From an uncultured Nesterenkonia sp. (GTDB taxonomy: Bacteria > Actinomycetota > Actinomycetes > Actinomycetales > Micrococcaceae): DNA of 64,000 bases. Location of the stretch: positions 230,806-294,805 of the forward strand of contig CAMIAK010000001.1 in assembly GCA_946222885.1 (NCBI GenBank), written 5' to 3'. Made by a program: the position numbers and the translations under genes. Of the stretch, positions 8,801-18,341 are shown piece after piece (position 1 is the stretch's first letter; each line of letters begins with the position of its first letter). Under the pieces are notes generated by a model. That model was given only the letters and a program-made list of their open reading frames with translations. It was not told the DNA's origin and made no database searches.

Positions 8801-9048
8801 CCACCGTGAGTACTGATTACAGGGTCTCAGATGTGGCCGAAGCGTTCGGGGTGAAGCCCCGCACGATCCGGGACTGGATCAAGCGCGGCAAGCTCCAAGC
8901 CTACAAGGTGCCCGACGATACGCCCCGCAGCGAGTACCGGGTTCCCGCGTCTGAGGTGGAGCGCATTAAGAACCGGTCCGCTCGCGCCGAGCAGCTGCCC
9001 CAGGATCTGGATGCCCTGATGGACAGGGCTCTGAAGCGCGCCGCCTAG
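8797..9048 (+). CDS. excisionase-like HTH protein (HTH_17/MerR-like Xis family)
   Basis: ATGA overlap start; motif YRVSDVAEAFGVKPRTIRDWIKRGKLQAYKV. Confidence 0.6.
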   Translation: MTTVSTDYRVSDVAEAFGVKPRTIRDWIKRGKLQAYKVPDDTPRSEYRVPASEVERIKNRSARAEQLPQDLDALMDRALKRAA

Positions 9049-9157
9049 GCCCACTCGCAGCCGCTACCTGCGGCACCCCCATCTTCACCGCCCGTTATGG
9101 CAGAACTTCCGGGCCTGCCCCGCACGGTCAAAGACCGGCGGATGAGAGGAGACACCT

Positions 9158-9403
9158 ATGCGTAGATACACCATCGAGGATGTGCGTGACCTCCAGCAGG
9201 ACGCGCTGGAGCAGCCTACGAAGCTGGACGCTGTGACCCACCTGCACGCCCATTACCCGCACTGCTCACTCCGCTGGATTGCCCGGCACCTGGAGGTGCT
9301 GACGACCTTGGACCCGGAGGCGCTGATCACCTGGATTGGCTACCCCGATCCCGTGGGCGAACAGGCAGCACGGACCGCTGACCGTGAGGCGGTGGCCGCA
9401 TGA
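9158..9403 (+). CDS. hypothetical protein
   Basis: 81-aa ORF. Confidence 0.4.
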   Translation: MRRYTIEDVRDLQQDALEQPTKLDAVTHLHAHYPHCSLRWIARHLEVLTTLDPEALITWIGYPDPVGEQAARTADREAVAA

Positions 9404-9536
9404 GTCCGGAGGAGCGGCAGAAGTACATGGAGGGCCTGGCGCGGCGTGTGGAGCTGGCCAGGGCTATCGATAACCCGGCTGGCGTGAAGCTGGCCTACGA
9501 GGCTGCGGCGAAAGCGAACCGGAAGGAGCAGCGGCG

Positions 9537-9764
9537 ATGAGCACATTTCTCACCCCGAAGATCAGCAATGAGGTGCAGAAGCTCCAGAACCTCGCAGCCG
9601 TGGTGGATCTCCAGTGGGACAGCTTCCTGCGAACCGCTAACCGGAGCCGTATCCAGGAGGCGGACACCACATTGCGGGACATGCAGACCCTGATCAAGGA
9701 GCTGCGCAGCGACCTGGGCCTGGAGGAGACCTACACCGCCGAGGCGCAGGAGGTGACGGCATGA
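9537..9764 (+). CDS. hypothetical protein
   Basis: 75-aa ORF; small coupled ORFs lie on either side (9400..9540, 9761..9859). Confidence 0.4.
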   Translation: MSTFLTPKISNEVQKLQNLAAVVDLQWDSFLRTANRSRIQEADTTLRDMQTLIKELRSDLGLEETYTAEAQEVTA

Positions 9765-9849
9765 GTGCGACGGACGCGGGCCTGGCAAGGGCCGAGGAGG
9801 CGGAGGAGTACGCGAATCGTAACTACTGCGCATCCTGTCAGCCGGAGGC

Positions 9850-10305
9850 ATGCCAATGACCTGCCCACTGAGCACCTGCCACCACTGGTACGCCGCCGAC
9901 CAGGACTGCACGCGCCTGGCTGAGCCGCATGAGGACATGTGCAGTGAGCACCTGGACCGCCAGACCTACCAGTGGACCCAGTTCCACGACGCCGACGAGT
10001 GCTGCCCTGAGCACTGCGACACCAACCACGAGGAGACCACCATGGAAGATGCAGCACCACTGACCGAGGACCAGATGCAGGACCACATCGAGGCTGTGCG
10101 GACCGCGTACCACCGCATCCGCGCCGAGCTGCACACGGCCAAGAGGGCCGACTCTGAGGGGCTTGGGCTCGATGAGGTCTACAAGTCCTTCGAGGACATC
10201 AAGACCGTCTCACGCGCCGCCCTATCCTCCCTGGATGCCCTGCGCGCTCACCAGGAGTACGAGCGGATCGAGTACGAGCTGCAGCAGGAGGCGATGGCCG
10301 CATGA
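9850..10305 (+). CDS. Cys/His-rich hypothetical protein
   Basis: 151 aa with several Cys/His clusters (CPLSTCHHW, CCPEHCD). Confidence 0.45.
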   Translation: MPMTCPLSTCHHWYAADQDCTRLAEPHEDMCSEHLDRQTYQWTQFHDADECCPEHCDTNHEETTMEDAAPLTEDQMQDHIEAVRTAYHRIRAELHTAKRADSEGLGLDEVYKSFEDIKTVSRAALSSLDALRAHQEYERIEYELQQEAMAA

Positions 10306-10460
10306 GACGCCACCTGATCATTGCCGGGCTCCTGCTGATCGCAGGGGCCTTTTCTTTTGCCCTGCTGGAAACCGCCGAGCTGATCGTCATGGGCGCCGTC
10401 CTTGTATGGGCCGGAGCCTGCGCGGTCGCCGCACTGGGTACTGAGGGGGTTGAGGTATGA
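10302..10460 (+). CDS. small membrane protein (52 aa)
   Basis: ATGA-coupled; hydrophobic LIIAGLLLIAGAF ... IVMGAVLVWAGA. Confidence 0.3.
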   Translation: MRRHLIIAGLLLIAGAFSFALLETAELIVMGAVLVWAGACAVAALGTEGVEV

Positions 10461-11278
10461 GCCTCACTGTCACTGAACGCGGGCTGGTCCATGATCTGGA
10501 TGAGCGGGTATATCACTCTGACCCGGTTGAGGGCGGCTCACTGTCCTCCACTGGGGCGAAGGAGATTCTCCGGTCCCCGGCGCACTACCGGCACTACATG
10601 GACTCTTCGCGTGAGCCCAAGCCGCAATTCGACTTCGGCAGCGCTGTCCACACGCTGGTACTGGGCGTCGGCTGGGATATTGAGCCGCTGGGGTTCGACT
10701 CCTGGCGCACCAAGGACGCCAAGGAGGCACGCGCCGAGGTCGAGGCCCAAGGGAAGGTCGCACTGCTGCGCAAGGACTTCGACCGTGCCGAGGCCGTGGC
10801 GATCTCCGTGCTCGAGCACCCCTCCGCGGGCAAGCTCTTCCGAAAGGGCGACGCCGAGGTGTCAGCGTTCGGGCAGCACCGCTCCGGGGTCTGGCTGCGC
10901 GGGCGCTTCGACTGGTTGGTCAATGGCACTCTGATTGACCTGAAGACCGTGCAGAGCGCCGACCCGCGCCGGTTCAATCGCACCGTCTGGGACTACGGGT
11001 ACGACGTCCAGGCCGCCCACTACATGGAGACCTACCGTCTCGCCACGGGGGAGCGGCCCAAGGGGTTCGTCCACGTGCTGGTCGAGAAGGAGCCGCCCTA
11101 CGCGGTCTCCGTGGTCCGGCTTAACCCTGAGTTCCTTGAGCTGGGGGAGCGTCGCCTGGAGCGCGCCATCGCCGCCTACAAGACCGCCTGCGACACCGGA
11201 CAGTGGCCCGGATACCCGCAGGTCATCCACACCATTGAGCCACTGCCCTACATGACATCCCAGGAGGACGACGAATGA
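10457..11278 (+). CDS. PD-(D/E)XK family exonuclease (RecE/Cas4-like phage exonuclease)
   Basis: D...DLK(T) motifs (GRFDWL, IDLKT); directly upstream of the RecT-like gene. Confidence 0.65.
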   Translation: MSLTVTERGLVHDLDERVYHSDPVEGGSLSSTGAKEILRSPAHYRHYMDSSREPKPQFDFGSAVHTLVLGVGWDIEPLGFDSWRTKDAKEARAEVEAQGKVALLRKDFDRAEAVAISVLEHPSAGKLFRKGDAEVSAFGQHRSGVWLRGRFDWLVNGTLIDLKTVQSADPRRFNRTVWDYGYDVQAAHYMETYRLATGERPKGFVHVLVEKEPPYAVSVVRLNPEFLELGERRLERAIAAYKTACDTGQWPGYPQVIHTIEPLPYMTSQEDDE

Positions 11279-11913
11279 ACGAGCTAGTCAAGCACGGAAG
11301 CATCGCGGAGAAGATCGACTGGGCCAAGAGTATCGCCCCCTCCGGGATCCTGCCGAAGAGCTACCGGAATCAGCCCGCGAACCTGCTGGTCGCGGCGGAG
11401 TACGCCGACGCGCTGCACATTCCCAGGATCAACGCGCTCACCAGCATCCACGTCATCGAGGGCACGCCGTCCCTGTCGGCTGACCTGATGGTGAAACTGG
11501 CCCGCGACGCCGGCCACCGGGTGCGCGTCCAATTCAAGGAGGGAGCCGCCCGCGCCGTGCTCATCCGAGACGACGATCCGGACTTCGAATACGAGTCGAT
11601 CTGGACCATGGACCGGGCGCAGAAAGCTGGGCTAACCGGCAAGGGGAACTGGAAGAACTACCCCGAAGCGATGCTGATGTCCCGCGCTAAGTCCGAGGTA
11701 GTCCGCATGGGAGCATCCGAGGTGCTGTCCGGATCCATCTACACGCCGGAGGAGCTGGGAGCCACGGTCAACGAGGCGGGAGAGCCTGCACAGCCCGCAC
11801 CGGCGACCACCGAGAACACCGGGACCACCTACGAGACCGTAGAAGACATCCTGGCCGACGACGAGACCGGGGAAGTCGTAGAGCCCGAGCCGGCGGCGGA
11901 GGTGCCATCGTGA
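11275..11913 (+). CDS. RecT-like single-strand annealing protein
   Basis: Motif NWKNYPEAMLMSRAKSEVVRMGASEV resembles the RecT W..hP..ML..rA...R region; coupled to the exonuclease and followed by SSB. Confidence 0.6.
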   Translation: MNELVKHGSIAEKIDWAKSIAPSGILPKSYRNQPANLLVAAEYADALHIPRINALTSIHVIEGTPSLSADLMVKLARDAGHRVRVQFKEGAARAVLIRDDDPDFEYESIWTMDRAQKAGLTGKGNWKNYPEAMLMSRAKSEVVRMGASEVLSGSIYTPEELGATVNEAGEPAQPAPATTENTGTTYETVEDILADDETGEVVEPEPAAEVPS

Positions 11914-12037
11914 TTGCCACCCACTCACACCCACCTATGGACCTTGGCTACTGGATCGCCTTGGCCGAGAAGGCTCTGCGCCGGCGCTCACTGCGGATGG
12001 CTGAGCTGTACATGAGACGAGCACTTGAGGAGACCTC

Positions 12038-12256
12038 ATGCCAGCCATGACAAGGCACGACGCGGTACAGCTTTGGGATGCCGCTATAGACCACTCCCAG
12101 GCCGTTCTGGCCGTCGATGGCGCCGCACGCCGCGCCGCGCTCACGGGGAGCGCAGAGGACGACATGAAGGCGATTAAGGCTCAGCACGAGCTAGAGGCCG
12201 CCATCGGAAGGCTGAAATCACTCATCGCAAAGCACGTAGAGGAGACCACCGCATGA
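12038..12256 (+). CDS. hypothetical protein
   Basis: 72-aa ORF. Confidence 0.4.
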   Translation: MPAMTRHDAVQLWDAAIDHSQAVLAVDGAARRAALTGSAEDDMKAIKAQHELEAAIGRLKSLIAKHVEETTA

Positions 12257-12723
12257 CCATCTCGGCACACATCGTAGGCAATCTGGTATCTGATCCGGAG
12301 CTGAAATTCACACCCAACGGCAAAGCGGTCGCTAACACCAGTATCGCCGTCAACCATGGCCGGAAGGACGATTCCGGCCAGTGGCAACAGACCGGGGCGA
12401 CCTTCCTGCGCATCAGCCTTTGGGGCCACCAGGCCGAGGAGGCTGCTGAGAAGCTGCGGAAGGGCCAGAAGGTCCAGGCTCAAGGACGGATCGAGACCCG
12501 CAAGTACGCCACCCAGCAGGGGGAGGAGAGGGAGTCCCTGGAGATGCAGGTCTTCGAGATTGGCCCGGTGCTGGCGAAGTTCCCACCGAAGGACCAGCAG
12601 TCTTCCGGGCTTAGTGGCGGCCAGCAGCAGTCCGGGTGGGGCACCCAGCCCGCGGGAGACACATGGGGTGGCACGCCCTCTGACGGCGGCTCCTGGGGCA
12701 CTCCCGGAGGCTCACCTTTCTAG
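12253..12723 (+). CDS. ssb: single-stranded DNA-binding protein
   Basis: OB-fold N-terminus (HIVGNLVSDPELKFTPNGKAVANTSIAVN), Gly/Gln-rich linker and a C-terminal acidic tip ending PF. Confidence 0.85.
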   Translation: MTISAHIVGNLVSDPELKFTPNGKAVANTSIAVNHGRKDDSGQWQQTGATFLRISLWGHQAEEAAEKLRKGQKVQAQGRIETRKYATQQGEERESLEMQVFEIGPVLAKFPPKDQQSSGLSGGQQQSGWGTQPAGDTWGGTPSDGGSWGTPGGSPF

Positions 12724-12805
12724 GGTGCTTGCACTTTACGCGCCCCTCTAAACCGGAACCAAGCCCTGGTAAACGCCGGGGCTTTCCTATTACCAGGAGA
12801 AGAAC

Positions 12806-13480
12806 ATGAGCAAGGAAGAGATCAGCAACCGCCTGCGTGACGCGGGCAATGGCCTGCATGGACTCGCGGCTGATGCCGACTACATTCTGGCCAAGCTTGA
12901 CGCCGTACGGGCCGAGCGGGATGCGTATCGGGCTGAGCGGGAGTCAGAAGAGCGGCGCGGAGATCTTCTGCGAGATGCCTATGAAGATTCCGTGGCCGAG
13001 CGGGACCAGCTGAAGCGCCAGGTCGAATCCTTTGAGCACGCAGAGCAGCAAGACACCACCGTCCCCCGCGTCATCACTCGTGATGAGTTGCGAAAAGGGC
13101 AGTGTGTCGCAGTCGGCCACAACGGGCACTGGCGCATCATCGAGACCGGGCGTCACATCGAAGAAATGAGCGGAGCGGAGATTCTGGATCACTTCGCCAT
13201 CTACCCCGGAGACACTCTTGTCCTGCTGGAGAATGCCCCGGCCGAGGAGCCGGAGCCGGTGAAGGTGGGCGACACGATCAACAGTGACACCAGGGCCGCT
13301 GAACTGCCGGAGGGGACGATCCTCTTGGATGACGACGCTGACCCGTGGCGCAAGAGCAAGTGCGGGCACTGGCAGGCGGCAGATCGCGGGTCAGACGAGC
13401 TCGTGTATCGCACGGCTAAGCCGGTGTTCTACACCAACGACCCGCTCACCGTCCTGTACCTGCCCAAGGAGGACGCATGA
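12806..13480 (+). CDS. hypothetical protein
   Basis: 224 aa; RBS CAGGAGAAG upstream. Confidence 0.5.
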   Translation: MSKEEISNRLRDAGNGLHGLAADADYILAKLDAVRAERDAYRAERESEERRGDLLRDAYEDSVAERDQLKRQVESFEHAEQQDTTVPRVITRDELRKGQCVAVGHNGHWRIIETGRHIEEMSGAEILDHFAIYPGDTLVLLENAPAEEPEPVKVGDTINSDTRAAELPEGTILLDDDADPWRKSKCGHWQAADRGSDELVYRTAKPVFYTNDPLTVLYLPKEDA

Positions 13481-13821
13481 GAGACTACACGCCGACCGCG
13501 GCAAGCATCCGGTCTGACTATATTCGTGGCGCTGCCGCCGACTTCATTGCCACAGAGGGCAAGCGGTGCCCCTGCGGAAGCGCCCACCCCGTGAAGTCCG
13601 AGACAGCCCGAGTTGCCCTCGTCTGGGACAGGGAAGCACGCGCCGCCGCAGGGCCGGAGTTCGACCGCTGGCTTGCCGAGGAGATCCGCAAGGCCAAGGC
13701 CGAGGCGTGGGAGTCATGCGCGGCAGTAGTTGAGGACATCATCATCGACTTGACCGGCGACATAGAGCCCCACGAGCGAATGCTCGCCAACCCCTACCGA
13801 GAGGAGGAGCACAGTGAGTGA
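13477..13821 (+). CDS. hypothetical protein
   Basis: 114 aa, coupled. Confidence 0.45.
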   Translation: MRDYTPTAASIRSDYIRGAAADFIATEGKRCPCGSAHPVKSETARVALVWDREARAAAGPEFDRWLAEEIRKAKAEAWESCAAVVEDIIIDLTGDIEPHERMLANPYREEEHSE

Positions 13822-14101
13822 CCAGATGACCCGGATCCAGCAGGAAGCCGAGGAAGGAGCCGAGGAGCAGGGCTACAACGTCCTCCCGAGCGTGTACGCA
13901 TACAAGAAGGGCTTCATTGCCGGTCGCACTGTTACCTCCGAGCAGGTGGAGAAGGCGGCAAAGGAGGTTTGGCGTCACCAGGTGGGTGCTGATACATCGG
14001 GCTTCTATAAGCACACTTACGCCCACACGGCAACGAAGTGCATGGACACGGCCCGAGCCGCTTTCGCCGCCGCAGGGTTCTACGTCGAAGGAGAAGAGTG
14101 A
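13814..14101 (+). CDS. hypothetical protein
   Basis: 95 aa, coupled. Confidence 0.45.
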   Translation: MSDQMTRIQQEAEEGAEEQGYNVLPSVYAYKKGFIAGRTVTSEQVEKAAKEVWRHQVGADTSGFYKHTYAHTATKCMDTARAAFAAAGFYVEGEE

Positions 14102-14263
14102 TGAGTCAGTTCCTGCATATTCACGCTCAATGGGACGGGGAGAAGTACTGCGCAGACTTTTGTGGAGTGCCGGTCTACGGCAAAGGCCCAACCGAGTTGC
14201 GCGCCGAATTAAAGGAGCTAGGAGCCATCGGCCCTATTCGGCTTCACTTAGACAGGAAGATCA

Positions 14264-14752
14264 ATGACTGACCTACACGACCGCCTGACCGCGAATCAGC
14301 GGATCATCGAGGCCGCGACAGAAGGACCGTGGGAGCTCCGCAAGGGACAAGGCATTGGAGGCGCTCGCGTCTACGAGCCGACAGGTTACCCGCTCCCTGG
14401 GTGCTTCAACTGCGGAGAAAACGATGGCGTCTATGAAGAGGAAGACGCCACCTTCATCGCCGCGTCTCGCACCCGCTGGGAGCAGGCCAACCGGGCGTTA
14501 CTGAAGGTGCTGGAGGTACACGGTCGGTTCGAGCTCTATGACCTGGAAGATGCCTGCTCTGACACCAGTGACTACCACCGACAAGAGCGGCATGTGGAGT
14601 GCACCGATGATCCCGGTGAATATTACTGCGAAGACATGCCAGTAGGGGCGGTGTGCGACCACTGCCGGGATTACGACGGGAGCCGCATGGACTGGCCCTG
14701 CCCGACCGTCCGAGCCCTCACCGAGAAGCTGACAGGAGAAGACGATGGGTGA
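14264..14752 (+). CDS. Cys-rich hypothetical protein
   Basis: 162 aa with CFNCGENDG ... CDHCRDYDG ... CP zinc-ribbon-like pairs. Confidence 0.45.
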   Translation: MTDLHDRLTANQRIIEAATEGPWELRKGQGIGGARVYEPTGYPLPGCFNCGENDGVYEEEDATFIAASRTRWEQANRALLKVLEVHGRFELYDLEDACSDTSDYHRQERHVECTDDPGEYYCEDMPVGAVCDHCRDYDGSRMDWPCPTVRALTEKLTGEDDG

Positions 14753-15029
14753 GTACGTTCCGACCATGAATGGAGTTCGCCTCTATTACGGACTGGGCAA
14801 ATACGAGTTCATGCCAGACTCGGCAGAGCACCCACAAGAGTTGCACCCCGAGTTCGACCGCTGGCTCTCCGAGGAGGTCCGGAAGGTCAAGGCCGAGGCG
14901 CTGAGGGAAGCGGCCGAGGAGCTGGACACCCGAGACCTTCGCAGCCTCACAGAAGAAACCCTGCGTGAGTGCGTGAGACAGATCGACTGGCTGCGTGCCC
15001 GTGCTCAGCAGATCGAGGAGGGCGCGTAG
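14745..15029 (+). CDS. hypothetical protein
   Basis: 94 aa. Confidence 0.4.
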   Translation: MGEYVPTMNGVRLYYGLGKYEFMPDSAEHPQELHPEFDRWLSEEVRKVKAEALREAAEELDTRDLRSLTEETLRECVRQIDWLRARAQQIEEGA

Positions 15030-15049
15030 CAACACCCGCGACAACAACC

Positions 15050-15076
15050 GGACCCCCACGAGGGGTCCTTTTTTAT
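15050..15076 (+). terminator. rho-independent terminator
   Basis: GGACCCC(cacga)GGGGTCC followed by TTTTTTAT. Confidence 0.6.
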
Positions 15077-15095
15077 GCCCTGAAAGGAGATCACA

Positions 15096-15395
15096 TTGCT
15101 GTGCTCTGACTGCAAGAGGCCCATGCGGCCCAATAAGGCCAGCGCCTCCGACTACCCCGGCACGATCCAGCACGTCGGGATGGGAGTCTGCCGGACCTGC
15201 CATGACCAGACCGTGAGGAAGCTGAAGGCGTCCAGGCGGAAGCAGCAGGAAGCCAGTCCTGCGCCGGCTCCGGACTACGCGACCTTCACCCCACCAGGCC
15301 TGCGTGACGCCGACCCGAAAGTCCGCCGTCACGCACAGAGCCTGGTCGACTATCTCCAGCTCCTGCGCAAGCAGCGTCAGGAGAAGACCTCATGA
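15096..15395 (+). CDS. zinc-ribbon hypothetical protein
   Basis: TTG start after AAAGGAGA; CSDC...CRTC pairs. Confidence 0.45.
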   Translation: MLCSDCKRPMRPNKASASDYPGTIQHVGMGVCRTCHDQTVRKLKASRRKQQEASPAPAPDYATFTPPGLRDADPKVRRHAQSLVDYLQLLRKQRQEKTS

Positions 15396-15748
15396 TCAGC
15401 TTCCACATCACGTGCTCGGCACGCCAGCATGACTCGCCGCACCACGTCGCCACCCTGAGCTTCCTGTGGGGCGAGTGGAGTCTGGAGCCGCGCTGGTGCG
15501 ACTGGGCTACCGCACGCCGGCCGCGGGACGGCTACCGGTTCCGCTGTCGCTCATGCGGGGCCTACGCCTCCGTCGAGAAAGCCGGACTGCAGGCAGCTCT
15601 CCGGCGGCTCCACGAGCACCAGCAGGACAGCCTCAGCATCCAGGGGATACGCACCCTGCACAGGACGCCAGGAGCCAACCTGAAACGACCACGGCCCCTG
15701 GCAGACGCCGGGGGCTTTCTACTTGAAAGGGGGCAGCGCAGTGCCTAA
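15392..15748 (+). CDS. hypothetical protein
   Basis: 118 aa, ATGA-coupled. Confidence 0.4.
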   Translation: MISFHITCSARQHDSPHHVATLSFLWGEWSLEPRWCDWATARRPRDGYRFRCRSCGAYASVEKAGLQAALRRLHEHQQDSLSIQGIRTLHRTPGANLKRPRPLADAGGFLLERGQRSA

Positions 15749-16148
15749 AGGAGATCACTGGAAGCACTGGAAAGAGCGACTTTGGGATGCAGGAATCGAA
15801 GACCCATCCACGGGGTGCATCTTATGGAAGAAATCTGCGAACAACCGTGGCTACGGAGTTATCTATTTCGACGGAAAGTTGCACCTCGCTCATCGCGCAG
15901 CGTGGCTTGCCAGACATGGCGAATGGCCACGTGGAGACATGGTTCTTGACCATGTTTGCAATAACAAGCTGTGCGTCAATGCGGATCACCTCCGCGAACT
16001 ACCGAACCACTTGAACATTCGTCGCGCCTATCCACGCGGCGACGAGAAGACTGAAAAGAAGCGCGCCCGCTGGCGACGCGCTAACGCGAAACGCCGCAAT
16101 TACCGTTACGCCGAAGGGGGTGGGCCAAATTCCTTGGTTCAAGGTTGA
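15723..16148 (+). CDS. HNH endonuclease (HNH_3-type paralog)
   Basis: GCILWKK..NRGYG..AHRAAW..DHVCNNKLCVNADHL; same motif order as the HNH genes at 2398/45872 and 18454. Confidence 0.8.
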   Translation: MKGGSAVPKGDHWKHWKERLWDAGIEDPSTGCILWKKSANNRGYGVIYFDGKLHLAHRAAWLARHGEWPRGDMVLDHVCNNKLCVNADHLRELPNHLNIRRAYPRGDEKTEKKRARWRRANAKRRNYRYAEGGGPNSLVQG

Positions 16149-16962
16149 CGACAAGTTCCACAGTCACCCGAAGGTCATGGAGCTGACCACCGGCGCAGTG
16201 GGTCTCTGGACACTGGCCGGCTCCTGGTGCGCGGACTACCTCACTGATGGGTTCATTCGGAAGGGGCAGATTCGCCGCCTGGGAGGCACGGAGGATGAAG
16301 CGGATCAACTCGTAGAGGCTGGCCTCTGGGAGCCAGTAGAAGGCGGCTGGCAGTTCCGTGACTGGGCTGAATACCAGCCTACTGCCGAGTCGGTGAGGCA
16401 GGGCCGTGACGATAAGTCACGTGGAGGCAAGCTGTCCGCGCATAACCGGTGGCACAAGGGAAAGGGCAAATCGGTAGCTGATTGTGAGTACTGCGATAGC
16501 TCCACTCATAAGACCTCTTATAGCTCACCTATAAGTGACCGATCAGATGGGGTATGGGATAGCGATGCTCCCGTACCCGAACCCGTACCAGAAGTACCTA
16601 AAGGTACTTCTTCCCCCAAACCCCCAAAGCCGCGGAAGAAGCCAGAGACCACCATCCCCGACGACTGGCAGCCCACCGACGCGCACAAGACAAAGGCGCA
16701 CGAGAAAGGAGTAGACCTCCAGCAGCAGGCAGAAGCATTCCGCCTCCATGCAGAGACCCACGACCGGCGCTGCGTGAACTGGAACTCAGCTTTCAGCATG
16801 TGGCTCACCAAGGCGCGGCCAGACACCGGGCCGAAGCAATACCAGAACGCCGCGGAGAAGAAGGTCGACGTCGCACGCCACTGGCTCTCGCAGCCCACCA
16901 GCCAAGCCCCCGCAGACCCGTGGGCAATCAAGCCCGCCACCAGGAAGGAGATCGGCCAGTGA
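16120..16962 (+). CDS. putative replisome organizer/replication protein (phage_rep_org_N-like N-terminus)
   Basis: N-terminus WFKVDDKFHSHPKVMELTTGAVGLWTLAGSW resembles the phage replisome-organizer N-terminal domain; Pro/Lys-rich linker. Confidence 0.4.
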   Translation: MGQIPWFKVDDKFHSHPKVMELTTGAVGLWTLAGSWCADYLTDGFIRKGQIRRLGGTEDEADQLVEAGLWEPVEGGWQFRDWAEYQPTAESVRQGRDDKSRGGKLSAHNRWHKGKGKSVADCEYCDSSTHKTSYSSPISDRSDGVWDSDAPVPEPVPEVPKGTSSPKPPKPRKKPETTIPDDWQPTDAHKTKAHEKGVDLQQQAEAFRLHAETHDRRCVNWNSAFSMWLTKARPDTGPKQYQNAAEKKVDVARHWLSQPTSQAPADPWAIKPATRKEIGQ

Positions 16963-17300
16963 CACCGGAGGAAGCTAAAGCAGTCGTCGTCTACCTGTCC
17001 AACATCGACGGCCGCGTGAGCATCTCGAAAGAGATCACTGCGCTACCCGAGACGTGGCACCAAGGGCTCAAGGACTACACCTACGATCAAGTCGCCTGGG
17101 GCATCCGCGAGTACTACGGGCGTCTAGCGCCGGACGGGGCACCCGTTCTTATCCCGGCGGAATGCCGTCGCATCCTCCAGAAGCACAAGACCATGCTTCA
17201 GGCCAAGGAGGAGCAGCGGCAGATCGAGCCACCAAGGAAGAATCCACCACCACCACATGTGAAAGCCAAGTTGGACAAGCTCTTCGGGAGGGAATCATGA
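16959..17300 (+). CDS. hypothetical protein
   Basis: GTG start overlapping the upstream stop; 113 aa. Confidence 0.4.
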   Translation: MTPEEAKAVVVYLSNIDGRVSISKEITALPETWHQGLKDYTYDQVAWGIREYYGRLAPDGAPVLIPAECRRILQKHKTMLQAKEEQRQIEPPRKNPPPPHVKAKLDKLFGRES

Positions 17301-17464
17301 ACACCGATCAGGCAAACAGGCTCATTGAGGTCATCGAGAATCTGATAGAGGCCTCAATCGAAGCTGATGGGCAGATGACAGAAGCGAGGATTCAGGCCTG
17401 GGATCGACTGACGGACTGGATCACCGAGGTGGCAGACCCCAACGATTACCCGGAGAAGTCATGA
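17297..17464 (+). CDS. small hypothetical protein (55 aa)
   Basis: ATGA-coupled ORF. Confidence 0.3.
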   Translation: MNTDQANRLIEVIENLIEASIEADGQMTEARIQAWDRLTDWITEVADPNDYPEKS

Positions 17465-17961
17465 CCATCACTCTCGACGTCACCGGCACACCGGCGCCGC
17501 AAGGCTCGAAGACTCATGTGGGCCACGGTCGCATGATCGAGTCCTCCAAGGCCGTCAAGCCCTGGCGGACCGCGATAAAAGCCGAGATCACGCGTACGGC
17601 CCGCGGTGGGCAGCACCAGTTGCTCGACGGCCCTGTGTGGGCAGAGATCGCCTTCCGCATGCCGCGGCCCAAGTCCCACTGGCGGGTTGGCAGGTTCGCC
17701 GGGCAGGTCAAGGACGGCTTCAAGCACGCCGAGCCCGACGCCTACCCGGACCTCGACAAGCTCGTCCGCTCCACCCTCGACGGGATCACCGCCACCAGCG
17801 CAGTCATCCAGGGCCGACGACGCTACGGGCAGGACGGCCACCTCAAAGACGACGGACAAGTCGTCAGGCTCACCGCATTCAAACGATACGTACTGGCGGG
17901 GGAGGAGCCGGGAGCGCTGATAACCCTGCTGGAGGCCACCAGCGCCGATCTGAGCGCCTAA
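17461..17961 (+). CDS. rusA: RusA-family Holliday junction resolvase
   Basis: TGTPAPQGSK ... KPWRTAIKAE ... MPRPKSHW pattern typical of RusA. Confidence 0.8.
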   Translation: MTITLDVTGTPAPQGSKTHVGHGRMIESSKAVKPWRTAIKAEITRTARGGQHQLLDGPVWAEIAFRMPRPKSHWRVGRFAGQVKDGFKHAEPDAYPDLDKLVRSTLDGITATSAVIQGRRRYGQDGHLKDDGQVVRLTAFKRYVLAGEEPGALITLLEATSADLSA

Positions 17962-17989
17962 CAGCCGCCCACAGTACCCAAACACCACC

Positions 17990-18014
17990 AGCGCCCCACG
18001 GGGCGCTTATTTCT
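17990..18014 (+). terminator. rho-independent terminator after rusA
   Basis: AGCGCCC(cacg)GGGCGCT followed by TATTTCT. Confidence 0.5.
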
Positions 18015-18041
18015 CGACCACTCAAGCGATGAGAGGCACGC

Positions 18042-18341
18042 ATGGCACTCACCACCCACCCCAAATGCGGCAAAACCTTCCCCGGAAACAGCACCCACGG
18101 CCACTGCTCCGGGTGCTGCGAAACCTTCACTGGGCTCGTGGCCTTCGACGCGCACCGAGTCGGAGAAGGCCACGAACGCCGCTGCGAAATCCAACCCTAC
18201 GAAACACCCACCGACAACGGACGCACCCGATACGGACACTGGCGCGACAGCAACGGGTACCTCCACTACGGCAAGAAACTCACTCGCGCCGAGAAAGAAC
18301 AGATCTGGGGGGGGGGAACGCCGCAGCTTGACCCCCGATGA
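18042..18341 (+). CDS. Cys-rich hypothetical protein, interrupted at a G10 tract (continues in the +1 frame to 18450)
   Basis: The ORF stops 25 nt after the G10 run at 18307-18316; the +1 frame continues cleanly to a TGA at 18448-18450 (..RRSLTPDERRNDIAALKALSEHKW..KAKEE). Confidence 0.5.
   Translation: MALTTHPKCGKTFPGNSTHGHCSGCCETFTGLVAFDAHRVGEGHERRCEIQPYETPTDNGRTRYGHWRDSNGYLHYGKKLTRAEKEQIWGGGTPQLDPR
18307..18316 (+). other. G10 homopolymer tract at the frameshift point
   Basis: Ten consecutive G; the reading frame flips from 0 to +1 across it. Confidence 0.8.
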
